Translations under genes and position numbers: made by a program
NCBI GenBank assembly: GCA_036785375.1
Contig: JAWMAR010000070.1
Coordinates: forward strand, 7,006,001 to 7,070,000
Direction: 5' to 3'
Source: Leucoraja ocellata
Taxonomy: Eukaryota
Length of the DNA stretch: 64,000 nucleotides
The notes under the pieces: generated by a model
Seen by the model: only the letters and a program-made list of their open reading frames with translations
What the model was told of the DNA's origin: nothing
Databases searched by the model: none
Shown: positions 24,336-38,139 of the stretch, piece by piece
How the letters are laid out: every line of letters starts with the position of its first letter
Numbering within the stretch: position 1 is the stretch's first letter

Positions 24336-26596
24336 CTCATCGCAGTTGAGGCAGAAACTATCCCGACGTTTAAGAAACAGTTAGACAGGTACAGGCATAG
24401 GTCAGATTTGGAGGGATATGGACCAAACGTGGACAGGTGGGACTATTGTAGCTGGGACATGTTGTCCAATGTGGGCAAGTTGGGCCAAAGGGCCTGTTTC
24501 CATGCTGTATCACTCTATGACTGTATAACACTATGACATTAAATCTTCTGCTTATCGAATCCACACACAAGATTAGTTGTTCAGCCAGAGCTGATCACAC
24601 TTCTCGGCATCTGCATAAAATGGTGTCTGTCTTGTTGCGTCTTGTGCTGCTTGTTCGTGGTGGTGGAGAGATTGGTGTAAACGTGAAACATTAAATAAAT
24701 AATGATAACTAGACCAAGTGGGACCCGTTGGGTCCCGTTCCCCCAACGTAATATTCCACCACTCACCCATACCCCACAATACTCACCCCATCCCCTAGCA
24801 AGGAAAATTCTGGAAATGAAACCTCTCTCTTACTCCACCCCCCCACAATGAAACGGGGAGCCCCCGCCCCCAACCCACCCCTCCCCACAATCGTAATTAT
24901 TTTATAAATAAGGAGTAAATGAAACCTCTCAGCAATTCCACCCCCCACAATGAAAAGCCTCCTCCCAAGAAATCTAAATGAGATTCCTTTGCGATGTACC
25001 CGTCCCCCCAACGCAATTTTCCACCACTCACCCATACCCCACAACTGCGCAGGCGAGTCTCTTACACTCCCTCCCCCTCGTCTACACCCTCCTCCTTCTC
25101 TCCCCTCTCCTCCTCCACTCCCTCCATCACCTCTCCTTCCCTCTCATTTTTCCCTACCCTCAGTCACTGCCTCCCCTTTGGGAGCTGAGATCCCATTCTG
25201 ATGTCATTGTCGGATCAACCCCCCCTTCCTCTCCCTCTATTCCCCCTCCTCTCCCACTCTCCCTCCTCACCTCCCCCACTTTCCCCCCTCTTCCTCCCTA
25301 CTCCCTTCTCTCCCCCAATCCCCCCCCCCCCCACCTCCTCACACTGCCTTGTAACTAACAACCTCCAATCCAGGCATCATTCTGGGATTCCTCTCCTGCA
25401 CCCTCTCCAAACTCTTTGGGAAATTGGCTCCGGTTATCTCCCCTATCTATGCCTCTCATCTCTATATTGTTAAAAGTCTCATCTTGTGTATATGTATACG
25501 TGTGTGTGTTGTCTGTGCCTTTCTACCTTCATCAAAATGCCACGCATTAGCGCATTAGCTTTCACGCATTAGTAATCGTATTAACCCCTTTGACAAAATA
25601 AACTGCTCCACTTCACATTACATGCTGTAGTTCACAAGTTATAGCGTTTTAAAAATAGTGAAAACCAACTTATTAAACGGCGAACCTTCACCCCGCTTCG
25701 AGTGATGTCACAAAGGGGGAGTGGTCGACCAGCAGCTTCCAGTGATGTCAGGGGGAGGACCTCATTGAAATTAACATTCCGCTTTATCCGATCCGGCCTT
25801 CTACACCCCACATGGGGTTTTTTCGCGGCCATCAAAGAGGCGTTGAGACTGCGGCGGTGAAGGAGATATCGTGACCACCATGGGCGGAAATCCTGGGGGG
25901 GACAGGGGGCACGTCCCCCTATGCTTTGGGAGGTGCGGGACGATTCCCCCGGTTCATGTTTTGTATTTGGCACTTTATCGGACGCTTTCTATGGGCAGAA
26001 TCAGCCCATTCGCGGGGCCTTTCAGTGCCCAGCGTGGCTTAAAATCAAATTGCTGCATCAAGGTGATCGAGGCTCCCGATGTTGAAGCCCCACCGGGCGA
26101 TGAAAGGCCCCACGAACGGGCCGATTCAAGCCACACGATTCGGGGCTGACGAAGCTGCTGTTGCTGGAGTTCGGAGTCGGTCACCAACCAAGTCAGCCCC
26201 CGATGTTACCGTCCACAGGGCCCACGGCCAAAGCCTCGCGTGTGTGCCGCATGCATGTGTGCCGCCAAGGAATTGTTTCCCCCCATGTTTTGATGATGAT
26301 TTCCGTGCATGGAGAAGGCAGCGGTGAGGCATCGCGACGGTGGGTCGGCACGTTGGCGGTGAGGCCTCGCAGATATGGAGCAGCTGCGGCGGCAGGAAAG
26401 GAGAGGGAGAGAGAGAGAAGGAGGGATTGGGGGAGAGGAGAAAGAGACGGGGAAGATCCTGGGGAGGTGAGGAAGGACGGGGGAGATTGAGGGAGAGGAG
26501 GGGGTAGGGAGGGTAGTTGCCACATCTGCACTCCCTCTCTTGCCCCCTTTCTACCCTCCCTCACCCACTCTACCCTCCTCCCTCTCCCTCTCTACC

Positions 26597-27372
26597 TGTA
26601 AATCCTCGCTAAATCAGAGCAGTAATAGCACCAAAATTTAGTAAAGGACATGTATTGTTCGGCCATTTTGGTCAAGTCTGATGTACTGTGCAGAAGTAAG
26701 ACAAGCTTCTGAATGGTGCCGGTAAGTCTGGGCCCCACATCAATGTTGCAGATAAGAAATGTATGAGAATTGACAGAATGAATGCGATTTCTGCAGAAGA
26801 CCTCCAAGGGAGTGTAAAATGCATGAAGTTGATTGGATTACTGCAACAGCATTGTAAATATTGTAAATCATGTTGCCAGTTACCCTGCTGTTTGTTGATT
26901 GGCTAAAGTGTTGAGCCCTGGCAGGTGTTTATTTGAATTCCAGGGTAAATGTTGCATTATTCAAGTTAAGTTAGCTTCTTCCAGCAGCTTCACCTGAAAC
27001 AATGTATGGGAGACTGTTATTGGTCTGGGAACTGTCTATAATGTACTGATGTAATTAATATGTTTGATTGGATTGTAAAGAGACCACCTCTATGTAGTTT
27101 GGCCCCTCAAGGCTCAGGGACCTATAAAAAGCAGGTCCTTTGTCGATCTTCTGGAAGAGCCCTTGGGACTGTGTGACCTTTTGGAGTGTTTCTGCTTGCA
27201 TAAGGCTGAAGGGTTTGTCCAAGCAGATACAAGGATTGAACCCGCAGTGGTTTAGGTATCGTGTAGTTGAATTAGATGTACAATCCAAAAATAAAGATTA
27301 ATTGTTCCAGTGCTTGACTCAGTGGTTTTTGACTGAACTAGACTGGGGGTAAGCTTGAGAAGAATGTATTTA
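26597..27372 (+). mobile_element. LTR-like repeat marking each duplication unit (also about 32854-33631; split by CR1s at 1-5320 and 15750-20700)
   Basis: Starts TGTAAA; ATTGG boxes; TATAAAA at 27123; AATAAA at 27290. No clean CA end or TSD seen. Confidence 0.45.
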
Positions 27373-28468
27373 ATCCCTCCCCCACACTACCCCCCTCCCC
27401 CTCTCCCTTTACCCCTTCCCACTCTCTCTCTACCTCCTTTCTCTCTGCCTCTCTCCTTCTCTCCCCTCCTCTCTCCCTCTAGGTATTGAAGAGGGAGGGT
27501 GAAGAGTAGGAAGAGGTGATGCGGAGTAATGAGCCGCGCCTGCACAGTTAGGGGCTATGAGTGAGTGGTGGAATATATAGTGTTGGGGAATGGGTGAGTG
27601 GTGGAATATTGCGTTGGGTTTGTACTTGGTCTGCACAGTAACTTTATATAATTCTATCAGGTCTATGGGCGGCTCTGTAGTGGCAGCCCTCCACTGTCTA
27701 CCCTGGCCTATCATGATTATATACTTACACCATAAGTACACAATAAGGTCTCAGTTATTCCAAGTAAACCAGACCATGATAGTACAAGACAACGTACGTG
27801 GGGCATCACCAGTGGTGCAGTGTCCATCAGGGTTGTGTAGGGTTGTGGTGAGCGGCGTAGGGTTGTGGTTGGGGTTGTGCAGGCTGGTTCAACAACCTTG
27901 TGCTTGCTGGGAAGAAGCTGCTCTTGAACCTGGAGCTCACGGTTCTCAGGCTCCTGTACCTTCCCCTCAGTAGTGGTGATAAGCGAGTGTGGCCAGGGTG
28001 GTGTGGGTCTATAACTGGAAGACCAGGCTCCATACGGAGGTAAGAAAGCTCCTTGACAACCACAATTGACACCCAACGAGGGTCAAAACTGGACTCTAAT
28101 CAGCAGCCCTAACAATGCACGAGGGCAATGCAGGGGCAGTACAGTGGCGCAGCGGTAGAGTTGCTGCCTTACAGCGCTAGAGACCCGCCTTCGATGGTAA
28201 CTACGGGCACTGTCTGTACAGTGTATGTACATTGTCCCTGTGACCATGTGGGTTTCCTCCGGGTGCTCTGGTTTCCTTTCAGATTGCAAAAATGTGTAGA
28301 TTTATAGGTTAATTGGCTTCAGTAAATTGTCCCTAGTGTGTAGGTTAGAACTAGTGTAGGGGTGATCACTGGTTGGGTTGGACTCGGTGGGCCGAAGAAC
28401 CTGTTTCCACACTGTATCTCTAAGCAAAACTGAACTAAACTAATTTAAAGGCAACTCCATGACACTTA

Positions 28469-28749
28469 AGGGCCTCTCCCACTAGCATGCGACCTGCATG
28501 CGGCAAGCGCTACCAAACCGGAAGCGGAGGACGAGTGAATGATGTGAAGTTCGAGCGAAGTCCGCGGGAAGTTCGCGCGTGACGTACGCCGTCAAGCCGC
28601 TGCGTGCTGCGTCGAGACGCTGCGCACGCCCATCGAGGCGGTGCGTACGGCATCGAGGCGGCTGCGGGCCAGCAGGCCGTTACCGTGCAGAATTTTAGAA
28701 CACGTTCAATTTTTCGGAGCTCTGTGCGATGTCAGGACCAGCTCCACAC
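28469..28749. mobile_element. Left half of a Harbinger-type MITE; right halves at about 6255-6421, 12411-12577 and 21780-21946
   Basis: ttaa-gggcctctcccactagcatgcgac is the inverse of gtcgcatgctcatgggacaggccct-ttaa; empty TTAA site at about 34733. Confidence 0.65.
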
Positions 28750-29113
28750 CGAGATATGTACTCCGAGGAATTTATAGCTGGAGACGCGCTCCACCTCAGT
28801 CCCGTTTATATGGATGGGGGTATGACTGCCTCCTCTGGTCTGCCTGAAGTCAACAATAATCTCCTTCGTCTTTTTGGAGTTGAGGACAAGGTTATTGTTG
28901 GCACACCAGGCTGTCAGGTGCTGGATCTCCTCCCTGTAGGCTGACTCATCGTTGTCGCTGATCAGTCCTACTACCGTGGTATCGTCAGCAAACTTAATAA
29001 TGGCGTTGGATCCGTACTTTGGGATGCAGTCGTGGGTGAAGAGGGAGTAGAGGAGAGGGCTGAGCACACAGCCCTGTGGCACCCCGGTGTTCAGTGTTAT
29101 AGTGGAGGAGGTG
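28750..29113 (-). mobile_element. Rex1/Babar-type LINE RT fragment
   Basis: [18 protein letters not shown]...[24 protein letters not shown]. Confidence 0.8.
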
Positions 29114-29259
29114 ATTCAACCAATCACTGCCTCCCACGGAGCATTGGCCGGAGTCAGCCGCGACCTCTCCACCCTCTGCCAAACGTGTCGTTGCATCAGC
29201 CGTTAACGTTTAACAAGAACAACGTCATCCCAGCTGCCAGCAGCCAACCAGGCGCCCCA
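28750..29259 (-). pseudogene. Relic of a seventh Ig unit: CDS, exon 1 and TATA deleted, only the distal promoter left
   Basis: 29114-29259 matches the promoter block from 8546 onward, and 28700-28749 matches the 3' flank up to 6304. The 2241 bp between are replaced by a 364-bp Rex1-type RT fragment. Confidence 0.75.
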
Positions 29260-30424
29260 TTTCCGACACTTCCCTACCATTCCTTGACCTCACTATCTCC
29301 ATTGCAGGTGATAGACTTCTAACCGACATACACTATAAACCCACTGACTCCCATGGCTATCTGGACTACACTTCTTCCCACCCTGCTTCCTGTAAGGACT
29401 CCATCCCCTACTCCCAATTCCTCCGTCTACGCCGCATCTGCTCCACGGATGAGGCGTTCCACACCAGGACATCTGAAATGTCCTCACTATTCAGGGAACG
29501 GGGGTTCCCCTCCTCCACCATAAATGAGGCTCGCACCAGGGTCTCTTCCATACCCCGCAACACTGCTCTCTCTCCCCATCCCCGCACTCGCAACAAGGGC
29601 CGAGTCCCCCTAGTCCTCACCTTTCACCCCACCAGCCGTCACATACAAAAAATAATCCTCCGTCAGTTTCGCCACCTCCAACGTGACCCCACTACTCGCC
29701 ACATCTTCCCATCTCCCCCCATATCTGCCTTCCGCAAAGACCGCTCCCTCCATAACTCCCTTGTCAATTCTTCCCTTCCCTCTCGGTCCACCCCCTCCCC
29801 GGGCACTTTCCCTTGCGGCCGCAGGAGATGCAACACTTGTCCCTTTGCCTCCCCCCTCGACTCCGTTCAAGGACCCAAGCAGTCGTTCCAGGTGCGACAG
29901 AGGTTTACCTGCATCTCTTCCAACCTCATCTATTGCGTCCGCTGCTCTAGATGCCAGCAGATCTATATCGATGAGACCAAGCGGAGGTTGGGCGATCGTT
30001 TCGCCGAACACCTCCGCTCGGTCCGCAATAACCAAGCTGACCTCCCGGTGGCTCAGCACTTCAACTCCCCCTCCCACTCCGCCTCCGACCTCTCTGTCCT
30101 GGGTCTCCTCCATGGCCACAGCGAGCAGCACCGGAAATTGGAGGAACAGCACCTCATATTCCGTTTGGGGACTCTACACCCCCGGGGCATGAACATCGAA
30201 TTCTCCCAATTCTGTTAGTCCTTGCTGTCTCCTCCCCTTCCTCAGCTCCCCTGCTGTCTCCTCCCACCCTCCAGCCTTCTGGCTACTCCTCCTTTTCCCT
30301 TTCTTGTCCCCACCCACCCCCACCCCCGATCAGTCTGAAGAAGGGTTTCGGCCCGAAACGTTGCCTATTTCCTTCGCTCCATAGATGCTGCTGCACCCGC
30401 TGAGTTTCTCCAGCTTTTCTGTGT
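29260..30424 (+). mobile_element. Penelope-like element, 5'-truncated
   Basis: 246-aa ORF with GIY-YIG; TSD aaccaggcgcccca at 29246-29259 and 30425-30438; inserted in the orphan Ig promoter. Confidence 0.9.
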
Positions 30425-33400
30425 AACCAGGCGCCCCACACATCCTGCTTGTGTCTCCACCACGTCTCGTTCTGGTCAACTCATCGCAGTTGAGGCAGAA
30501 ACTATCCCGACGTTTAAGAAACAGCTAGACAGGAACAGGCATAGGTCAGATTTAGAGGGATATGGACCAAACGTGGACAGGTGGGACTAGTGTAGCTGGG
30601 ACATGTTGTCCAATGTGGGCAAGTTGGGCCGAAGGGCCTGTTTCCATGCTGTATCACTCTATGACTGTATAACACTATGACATTAAATCTTCTGCTTATC
30701 AAATCCACACACAAGATTAGTTGTTCAGCCAGAGCTGATCACACTTCTCGGCATCTGCATAAAATGGTGTCTGTCTTGTTGCGTCTTGTGCTGCTTGTTC
30801 GTGGTGGTGGAGAGATTGGTGTAAACGTGAAACATTAAATAAATAATGATAACTAGACCAAGTGGGACCCGTTGGGTCCCGTTCCCCCAACGTAATATTC
30901 CACCACTCACCCATACCCCACAATACTGACCCCATCCCCTAGCAAGGAAAATTCTGGAAATAAAACCTCTCTCTTACTCCACCCCCCCACAATGAAACGG
31001 GGAGCCCCCGCCCCCAACCCACCCCTCCCCACAATCGTAATTATTTTATAAATAAGGAGTAAATGAAACCTCTCAGCAATTCCACCCCCACAATGAAAAG
31101 CCTCCTCCCAAGAAATCTAAATGAGATTCCTTTGCGATGTACCCGTCCCCCCAACGCAATTTTCCACCACTCACCCATACCCCACAACTGCACAGGCGAG
31201 TCTCTTACACTCCCTCCCCCTCGTCTTTACCCTCCTCCTTCTCTCCCCTCTCCTCCTCCACTCCCTCCATCACCTCTCCTTCCCTCTCCATTTTCCCTAC
31301 CCTCAGTCACTGCCTCCCCTTTCGCACTCCCCCACTAAACACAACGTTTAAATAACATTTCTTCTCCTCCACTCCCTGCCTCTACTTACAACAATGTAAG
31401 GAATCTCTCATTGCACTGGCTGGAACTTATCTCAACACTGTTGATTGGGAGCTGAGATCCCATTCTGATGTCATTGTCGGATCAACCCCCCTTCCTCTCC
31501 CTCTATTCCCCCTCCTCTCCCACTCTCCCTCCTCACCTCCCCCACTTTCCCCCCTCTTCCTCCCTACTCCCTTCTCTCCCCCAATCCCCCCCCCCCCCCC
31601 CCCCCACCTCCTCACACTGCCTTGTAACTAACAACCTCCAATCCAGGCATCATTCTGGGATTCCTCTCCTGCACCCTCTCCAAACTCTTTGGGAAATTGG
31701 CTCCGGTTATCTCCCCTATCTATGCCTCTCATCTCTATATTGTTAAAAGTCTCAACTTGTGTATATTTATACGTGTGTGTGTTGTCTGTGTCTTTCTACC
31801 TTCATCAAAATGCCACGCATTAGCGCAGAAGCTTTCACACATTAGTAATCGTATTAACCCCTTTGACAAAATAAACTGCTCCACTTCACATTACATGCTG
31901 TAGTTCACAAGTTATAGCGTTTTAAAAATAGTGAAAACCAACTTATTAAACGGCAAACCTTCACCCCGCTTCGAGTGATGTCACAAAGGGGGAGTGGTCG
32001 ACCACCAGCTTCCAGTGATGTCAGGGGGATGACCTCATTGAAATTAACATTCTGCTTTATCCGATACGCCCCACATGGGGTTTTTTCGCGGCCATCAAAG
32101 AGGCGTCGAGACTGCGGCGGTGAAGGACACATCGTGACCGCCATGGGCGGAAATCCTGGGGGGGGACAGGGGGCACGTCTCCCTATGCTTTGGGAGGTGG
32201 GGGACGATTCCCCCCCGCCCATGTTTTGTATTCGGCACTTTATCGGACGCTTTCTATGGGCAGAATCGGCCCATTCGCGGGGCCTTTCAGCGGCTTAAAA
32301 TCAAATTGCTGCATCAAGGCGATCGAGGCTCCCGATGTTGAAGCCCCGCCGGGCGATGAAAGGCCCCGCGAACGGGCCGATTCAAGCCACACGATTCGGG
32401 GCTGACGAAGCTGCTGTTGCTGGAGTTCGGAGTCGGTCACCAACCAAGTCAGCCCCCGATGTTACCGTCCACAGGGCCCACGGCCAAAGCCACGCGTGTG
32501 TGCCGCATGCATGTGTGCCGCCAAGGAATTGTTTCCCCCCCATGTTTTGATGACGATTTCCGTGCATGGAGAAGGCAGCGGTGAGGCATCGCGACGGTGG
32601 GTCGGCACGTTGGCGGTGAGGCCTCGCAGATATGGAGCAGCTGCGGCGGCAGGAAAGGAGAGGGAGAGAGAGAGAAGGAGGGATTGGGGGAGAGGAGAAA
32701 GAGAGGGGGAAGATCCTGGGGAGGTGAGGAAGGACGGGGGAGATTGAGGGAGAGGAGGGGGTAGGGAGGGTAGTTGCCAAATCTGCACTCCCTCTCTTGC
32801 ACCCTTTCTACCCTCCCTCACCCACTCTACCCTCCTCCCTCTCCCTCTCTACCTGTAAATCCTCGCTAAATCAGAGCAGTAATAGCACCAAAATTTAGTA
32901 AAGGACATGTATTGTTCGGCCATTTTGGTCAAGTCTGATGTACTGTGCAGAAGTAAGACAAGCTTCTGAATGGTGCCAGTAAGTCTGGGCCCCACATCAA
33001 TGTTGCAGATAAGAAATGTATGAGAATTGACAGAATGAATGCGATTTCTGCAGAAGACCTCCAAGGGAGTGTAAAATGCATGAAGTTGATTGGATTACTG
33101 CAACAGCATTGTAAATATTGTAAATCATGTTGCCAGTTACCCTGCTGTTTGTTGATTGGCTAAAGTGTTGAGCCCTGGCAGGTGTTTATTTGAATTCCAG
33201 GGTAAATGTTGCATTATTCAAGTTAAGTTAGCTTCTTCCAGCAGCTTCACCTGAAACAATGTATGGGAGACTGTTATTGGTCTGGGGAACTGTCTATAAT
33301 GTACTGATGTAATTAATATGTTTGATTGGATTGTAAAGAGACCACCTCTATGTAGTTTGGCCCCTCAAGGCTCAGGGACCTATGAAAAGCAGGTCCTTTG

Positions 33401-36088
33401 TCGATCTTCTGGAAGAGCCCTTGGGACTGTGTGACCTTTTGGAGTGTTTCTGCTTGCATAAGGCTGAAGGGTTTGGCCAAGCAGATACAAGGATCGAACC
33501 CGCAGTGGTTTAGGTATCGTGTAGTTGAATTAGATGTACAATCCAAAAATAAAGATTAATTGTTCCAGTGCTTGACTCAGTGGTTTTTGACTGAACTAGA
33601 CTGGGGGTAAGCTTGAAAAGAATGTATTTAATCCCTCCACCCCACTCTACCCCCCCCCCCCCCCCTCACCCTCTACCCCTTCCCACTCTCTCTCTACCCC
33701 TTCTCTCTGCCTCTCTCCCTCTCTACCCCCTCCCTCTACCCCTCCTCCCTCTCTAAGTATTGAAGAGGGAGGGTGAAGAGTAGGAAGAGGTGATGCGGAG
33801 AAATGAGCCGCGCCTGCACAGTTGGGGGCTATGAGTGAGTGGTGGAATATATAGTGTTGGGGAATGGGTGAGTGGTGGAATATAGCGTTGGGTTTGTACT
33901 TGGTCTGCACAGTAACTTTATATAATTCTATCAGGTCTATGGGCGGCTCTGTAGTGGCAGCCCTCCACTGTCTACCCTGGCCTATCATGATTATATACTT
34001 ACACCATAAGTACACAATAAGGTCTCAGTTATTCCAAGTAAACCAGACCATGATAGTACAAGACAATGTACGTGGGGCATCACCAGTGGTGCAGTGTCCA
34101 TCAGGGTTGTGTAGGGTTGTGGTGAGTGGCGTAGGGTTGTGGTTGGGGTTGTGCAGGCTGGTTCAACAACCTTGTGCTTGCTGGGAAGAAGCTGCTCTTG
34201 AACCTGGAGCTCACGGTTCTCAGGCTCCTGTACCTTCCCCTCAGTAGTGGTGATAAGAGAGTGTGGCCAGGGTGGTGTGGGTCTATAACTGGAAGATCAG
34301 GCTCCATATGGAGGTAAGAAAGCTCCTTGACAACCACAATTGACACCCAACGAGGGTCAAAACTGGACTCTAATCAGCAGCCCTAACAATGCACGAGGGC
34401 AATGCAGGGGCGGTACAGTGGCACAACGCTAGAGTTGCTGCTTTACAGCGCTAGAGACCCGCCTTCGATGGTTGACTACGGGCACCGGTGTATGTACATT
34501 CTCCCTGGGACCATGTGGGTTTCCTCCGGGTGCTCTGGTTTCCTTTCAGATTGCAAAGGCGTGCAGATTTGATGGTTAATTGGCTTCAGTAAATTGTCCC
34601 TAGTGTGTAGGTTAGAACTAGTGTAGGGGTGATCACTGGTTGGGTTGGACTCGGTGGGCCAAAGAGCCTGTTTCCACACTGTATCTATAAGCAAAGCCGA
34701 ACTAAACTAATTTAAAGGCAACTCCATGACACTTAATCTGGCGATGTTGCCCGTAGTGAGCAAGAGTTGCACAAAGTTCACACCCAGCTCAATGCTGGCT
34801 TACAAAGAATCACTCACACCGGCTGTCTTCAGGGCTGGCAGAAGAGAGTTTATTTACATTAAACGTGCATTTACTGGTGCAAGAAGGGTCAGTTCTCCGC
34901 ACTGCATGCGATCCACGCTCACACCTTCCACGCTGCTCATCTTTATACCTTTACTATTCCCTACTTGGTGTCATAGAGTCTTACAGCACGGAAATAGGCC
35001 CTTCAGCCCAACTTGGCCATGCAGACCCATATACCCCATCTAAGCTCATCCCATTTCACTACATTTGGCCCATGTCCCCATAAAACCATGTGGGATAGAA
35101 CTATTGCATGGGGTGATCATTGGTCTCCACTGACCCGGTGGGCTGAAGGGCCTGTTTCCTTGTTGTACCTCTGGACTGAACTAGGCTTTGCTACTGGCAT
35201 TTCACTCCGGCACTTCACTCCGCACTCGACAACAGAGACACTTACATAAGAATACTGTTCATCGATTACAGCTCAGCATTCAACACCATTATACCCTCTA
35301 AACTGATCACCAAATTCGGTAACCTGGGCATTGACCCCTCCCTCTGCAACTGGATACTGGACTTTCTAACCAACAGACCCCAGTCTGTGAGGTTAGACAA
35401 GCACACCTCTTCAACTCTCACCCTGAACACCGGCATTCCACAGGGCTGTGTGCTGAGCCCCCTCCTCTACTCTCTCTTCACCTACGACTGCACACCTGTA
35501 CATGGTACTAACACCATCGTCAAGTATGCAGATGATACAACGGTGATTGGCCTCATCAGCAACAACGATGAGTCGGCCTACAGGGAGGAGGTCCAGCTCC
35601 TAGCAGCATGGTGCGCTGACAACAACCTGGCCCTCAACTCCAAGAAGACCAAGGAGCTCATTGTAGACTTCAGAAAGTCTAGGGGCGGCACGCACACCCC
35701 CATCCACATTAACGGGCCGGAGGTGGAACGTGTTTCCAGCTTCAGGTTTCTGGGGGTCAACATCTCCGATGACCTCTCTTGGACCCACAATACCTCAACT
35801 CTGGTCAACAAGGCTCACCAGCGTCTCTTCTCCTTGAGGAGACTAAAGAGGGTCCATCTGTCTCCTCAGATTCTGGTGAACTTCTACCGCTGCACCATCG
35901 AGAGCATGGTTACCAACTGTATCACAGTATGGTACGGCAACTGCTCTGTCTCCGACCAGAAAGCACTGCAGAGGGTGTTGAAAATTGCCCAACGCATCAC
36001 CGGTTCCTCACTCCCCTCCATTGAGTCTGTCCAGAGCAAGCAATGTCTGCAAAGGGCACTCAGCATCATCAAGGACTGCTCTCACCCC

Positions 36089-38139
36089 TGAGGAAATATT
36101 ATATAAATAGAACCGTTTGGATAGTGATTTTTATATAAGCTAGGTAATTTGCAAAAGAAAATCTTAGGGTTTTCCTGGTGAAATAAAGTGCAGACAGATA
36201 CACACAGGCAAAGATGAATCAAAACATTGAGGCCTGAACCTGAACCTGTTTAGCTTAGGTTTATTGCTGAGGCAATTATAACACTGGAGGAAATTGTATT
36301 TGGTATGATTGTGTTGGAAAATAGATAACTGAATACGGGCTTCTTCTTAGGTCAGATTCACTTTTCTTTGTGGACATTCTTGAGCTGTGGGGTTTGTGCT
36401 GAGTTTGAGATATAGTTCAGGGCTGAGAGATAATAGGCCCTGTAGTTAGCTTTGGCTAGGTTGAATTAGGATGTATGTGAAGGGGAGTCGTTGCTTGGAG
36501 AAGATCATTTGTAATATTTGTAAAAGGCCTTGTAGAGAGATTGGAAATCCAGCTCCCAGAGATAGCAGGAGAAGGGGAGGCTGTAAGTTAAGATGTATGA
36601 AGTATGTAAGTTAAGTGAATGAAGCTGTATCCTGGAACCAAACACTAATTAAGTAAGTTGACAGATTTACGACCCATGTATCCTTGGTTGGGATGGGTAT
36701 AGGTTTTGAACTTAGAAACTGTAATTCAGCAAACTTATACAGGTGCACAACCTTTTATCCGGTGTTCCGGAAACCGAAAAACTCCGAAAACCGGCCATTT
36801 TTTCCAGATGTCGTCTGCACACCAAAGCTCGCGTTTGGCGCCAAACTTGACCCGAAACGACGCACGGTCAACCCAGGTCTGTACTACTGCAGCGGCTGCC
36901 TCCTCCCCGGAGACCGGGAGACGCTTAAACATCTGTAAATCATTGCTTAAATGTTAGTCAGTTAGTTTGGAGGGCTTTTATGTGAAGGGGGGGGGTGAAG
37001 GGGTAAACTTTAATTCTTAGTCCCCTCCCTGGTCGGAGAGGCGGGGAGCGGTCAATGCCTTACCGGGTTGCCGTGCGGCAAGCTCCGCAGCGCTGTGGCT
37101 GGTGAAGCTGCGGGCGTCGCCGGTTGTAGCTCCGACCCCGGCAACTCTACCCCTGGCTGCGAGGCGCTCCAAATCCAGCGCGGCCCGCGGCCGGACGCCC
37201 CAGCTCCGCGAATGTTGGAGCATCGCTGGATTTGGAGCCGCGCAGCCAGGGGTAGAGTTGCCGGGGTCGGAGCTACAACCGGCACCGCCCGCGGCCGGAC
37301 GGAGCCCCCAGCTCCGCGAGGTTGGGAGTCGCCGACCAGGTAGGGGACTAAGAATTAAAGTTTCCCCCTTCACCCCTACTCCACCACCACCACATAAAAT
37401 CCCTCCAAACTAACTGACTAACATTTATGCAATGATTCTCCCGGTCTCCGGGGACGAGGCAGCTGCTCCAGACTTTTCAAGCCGCCCGCGCTACCTACCT
37501 AATCTACGCTAAAAATCTTCCATTCGGAAATCCGAAAATGTCCGAAATCTGACAAGTGTCTGGTCCCAAGGCTTTCGGATAAAAGGTTGTGCACCTGTAT
37601 AATTAATGTTTTAAAGACCTAGGTAAAAGTATTTCAAACTGTGAAATTGTAGTAAAACAAATTATGAAATGTATTGCCTTAGTAGAAATGTACACTTTAG
37701 ACATAGAAATTGTTTAGATTTATAGAAATATCTTTCTTCTTGGTATAGAAAGTGTGTATGACTTGTGTGATCATTGTCTGTATCTTATATTTTGAGGAGT
37801 GGTCCTTGATAAGAGCCTACTGGGGTTTTGCTGTGTTGAAATAAAATAATTCTGAAACAAAGTTATAAAGTTATACCATAGACAAACGAAGATTGTAAAA
37901 AGAAGGACTCAGCTGATTGGTTACTAGCTTGTCATACCCTCTGTATCTGAAATGTCTAATACCTATATAAATGCCATGAGTTTGTATCAAAGTTACTCCT
38001 CTCTGGACCCGCCCCAGAGCATCAGCTCTGTGTTGGAAGGTTCAAGAGACTAGTCTCAGTTGAATAAAGAATTGATTTTAACAGCAACAAGTGTTTGAGT
38101 CAAGTTGACTTTAGATTGGCAGAAGAACTCAGTTTAACA
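36089..38139 (+). mobile_element. Solo LTR containing a MITE
   Basis: TG...CA termini, 4-bp CCCC duplication (36085-36088 and 38140-38143), TATATAA at 37964, AATAAA at 38063. Confidence 0.75.
36740..37597. mobile_element. Tc1/mariner-type MITE with fold-back interior
   Basis: 22-bp TIR caggtgcacaaccttttatccg, TA on both sides, nested internal inverted repeats. Confidence 0.85.
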
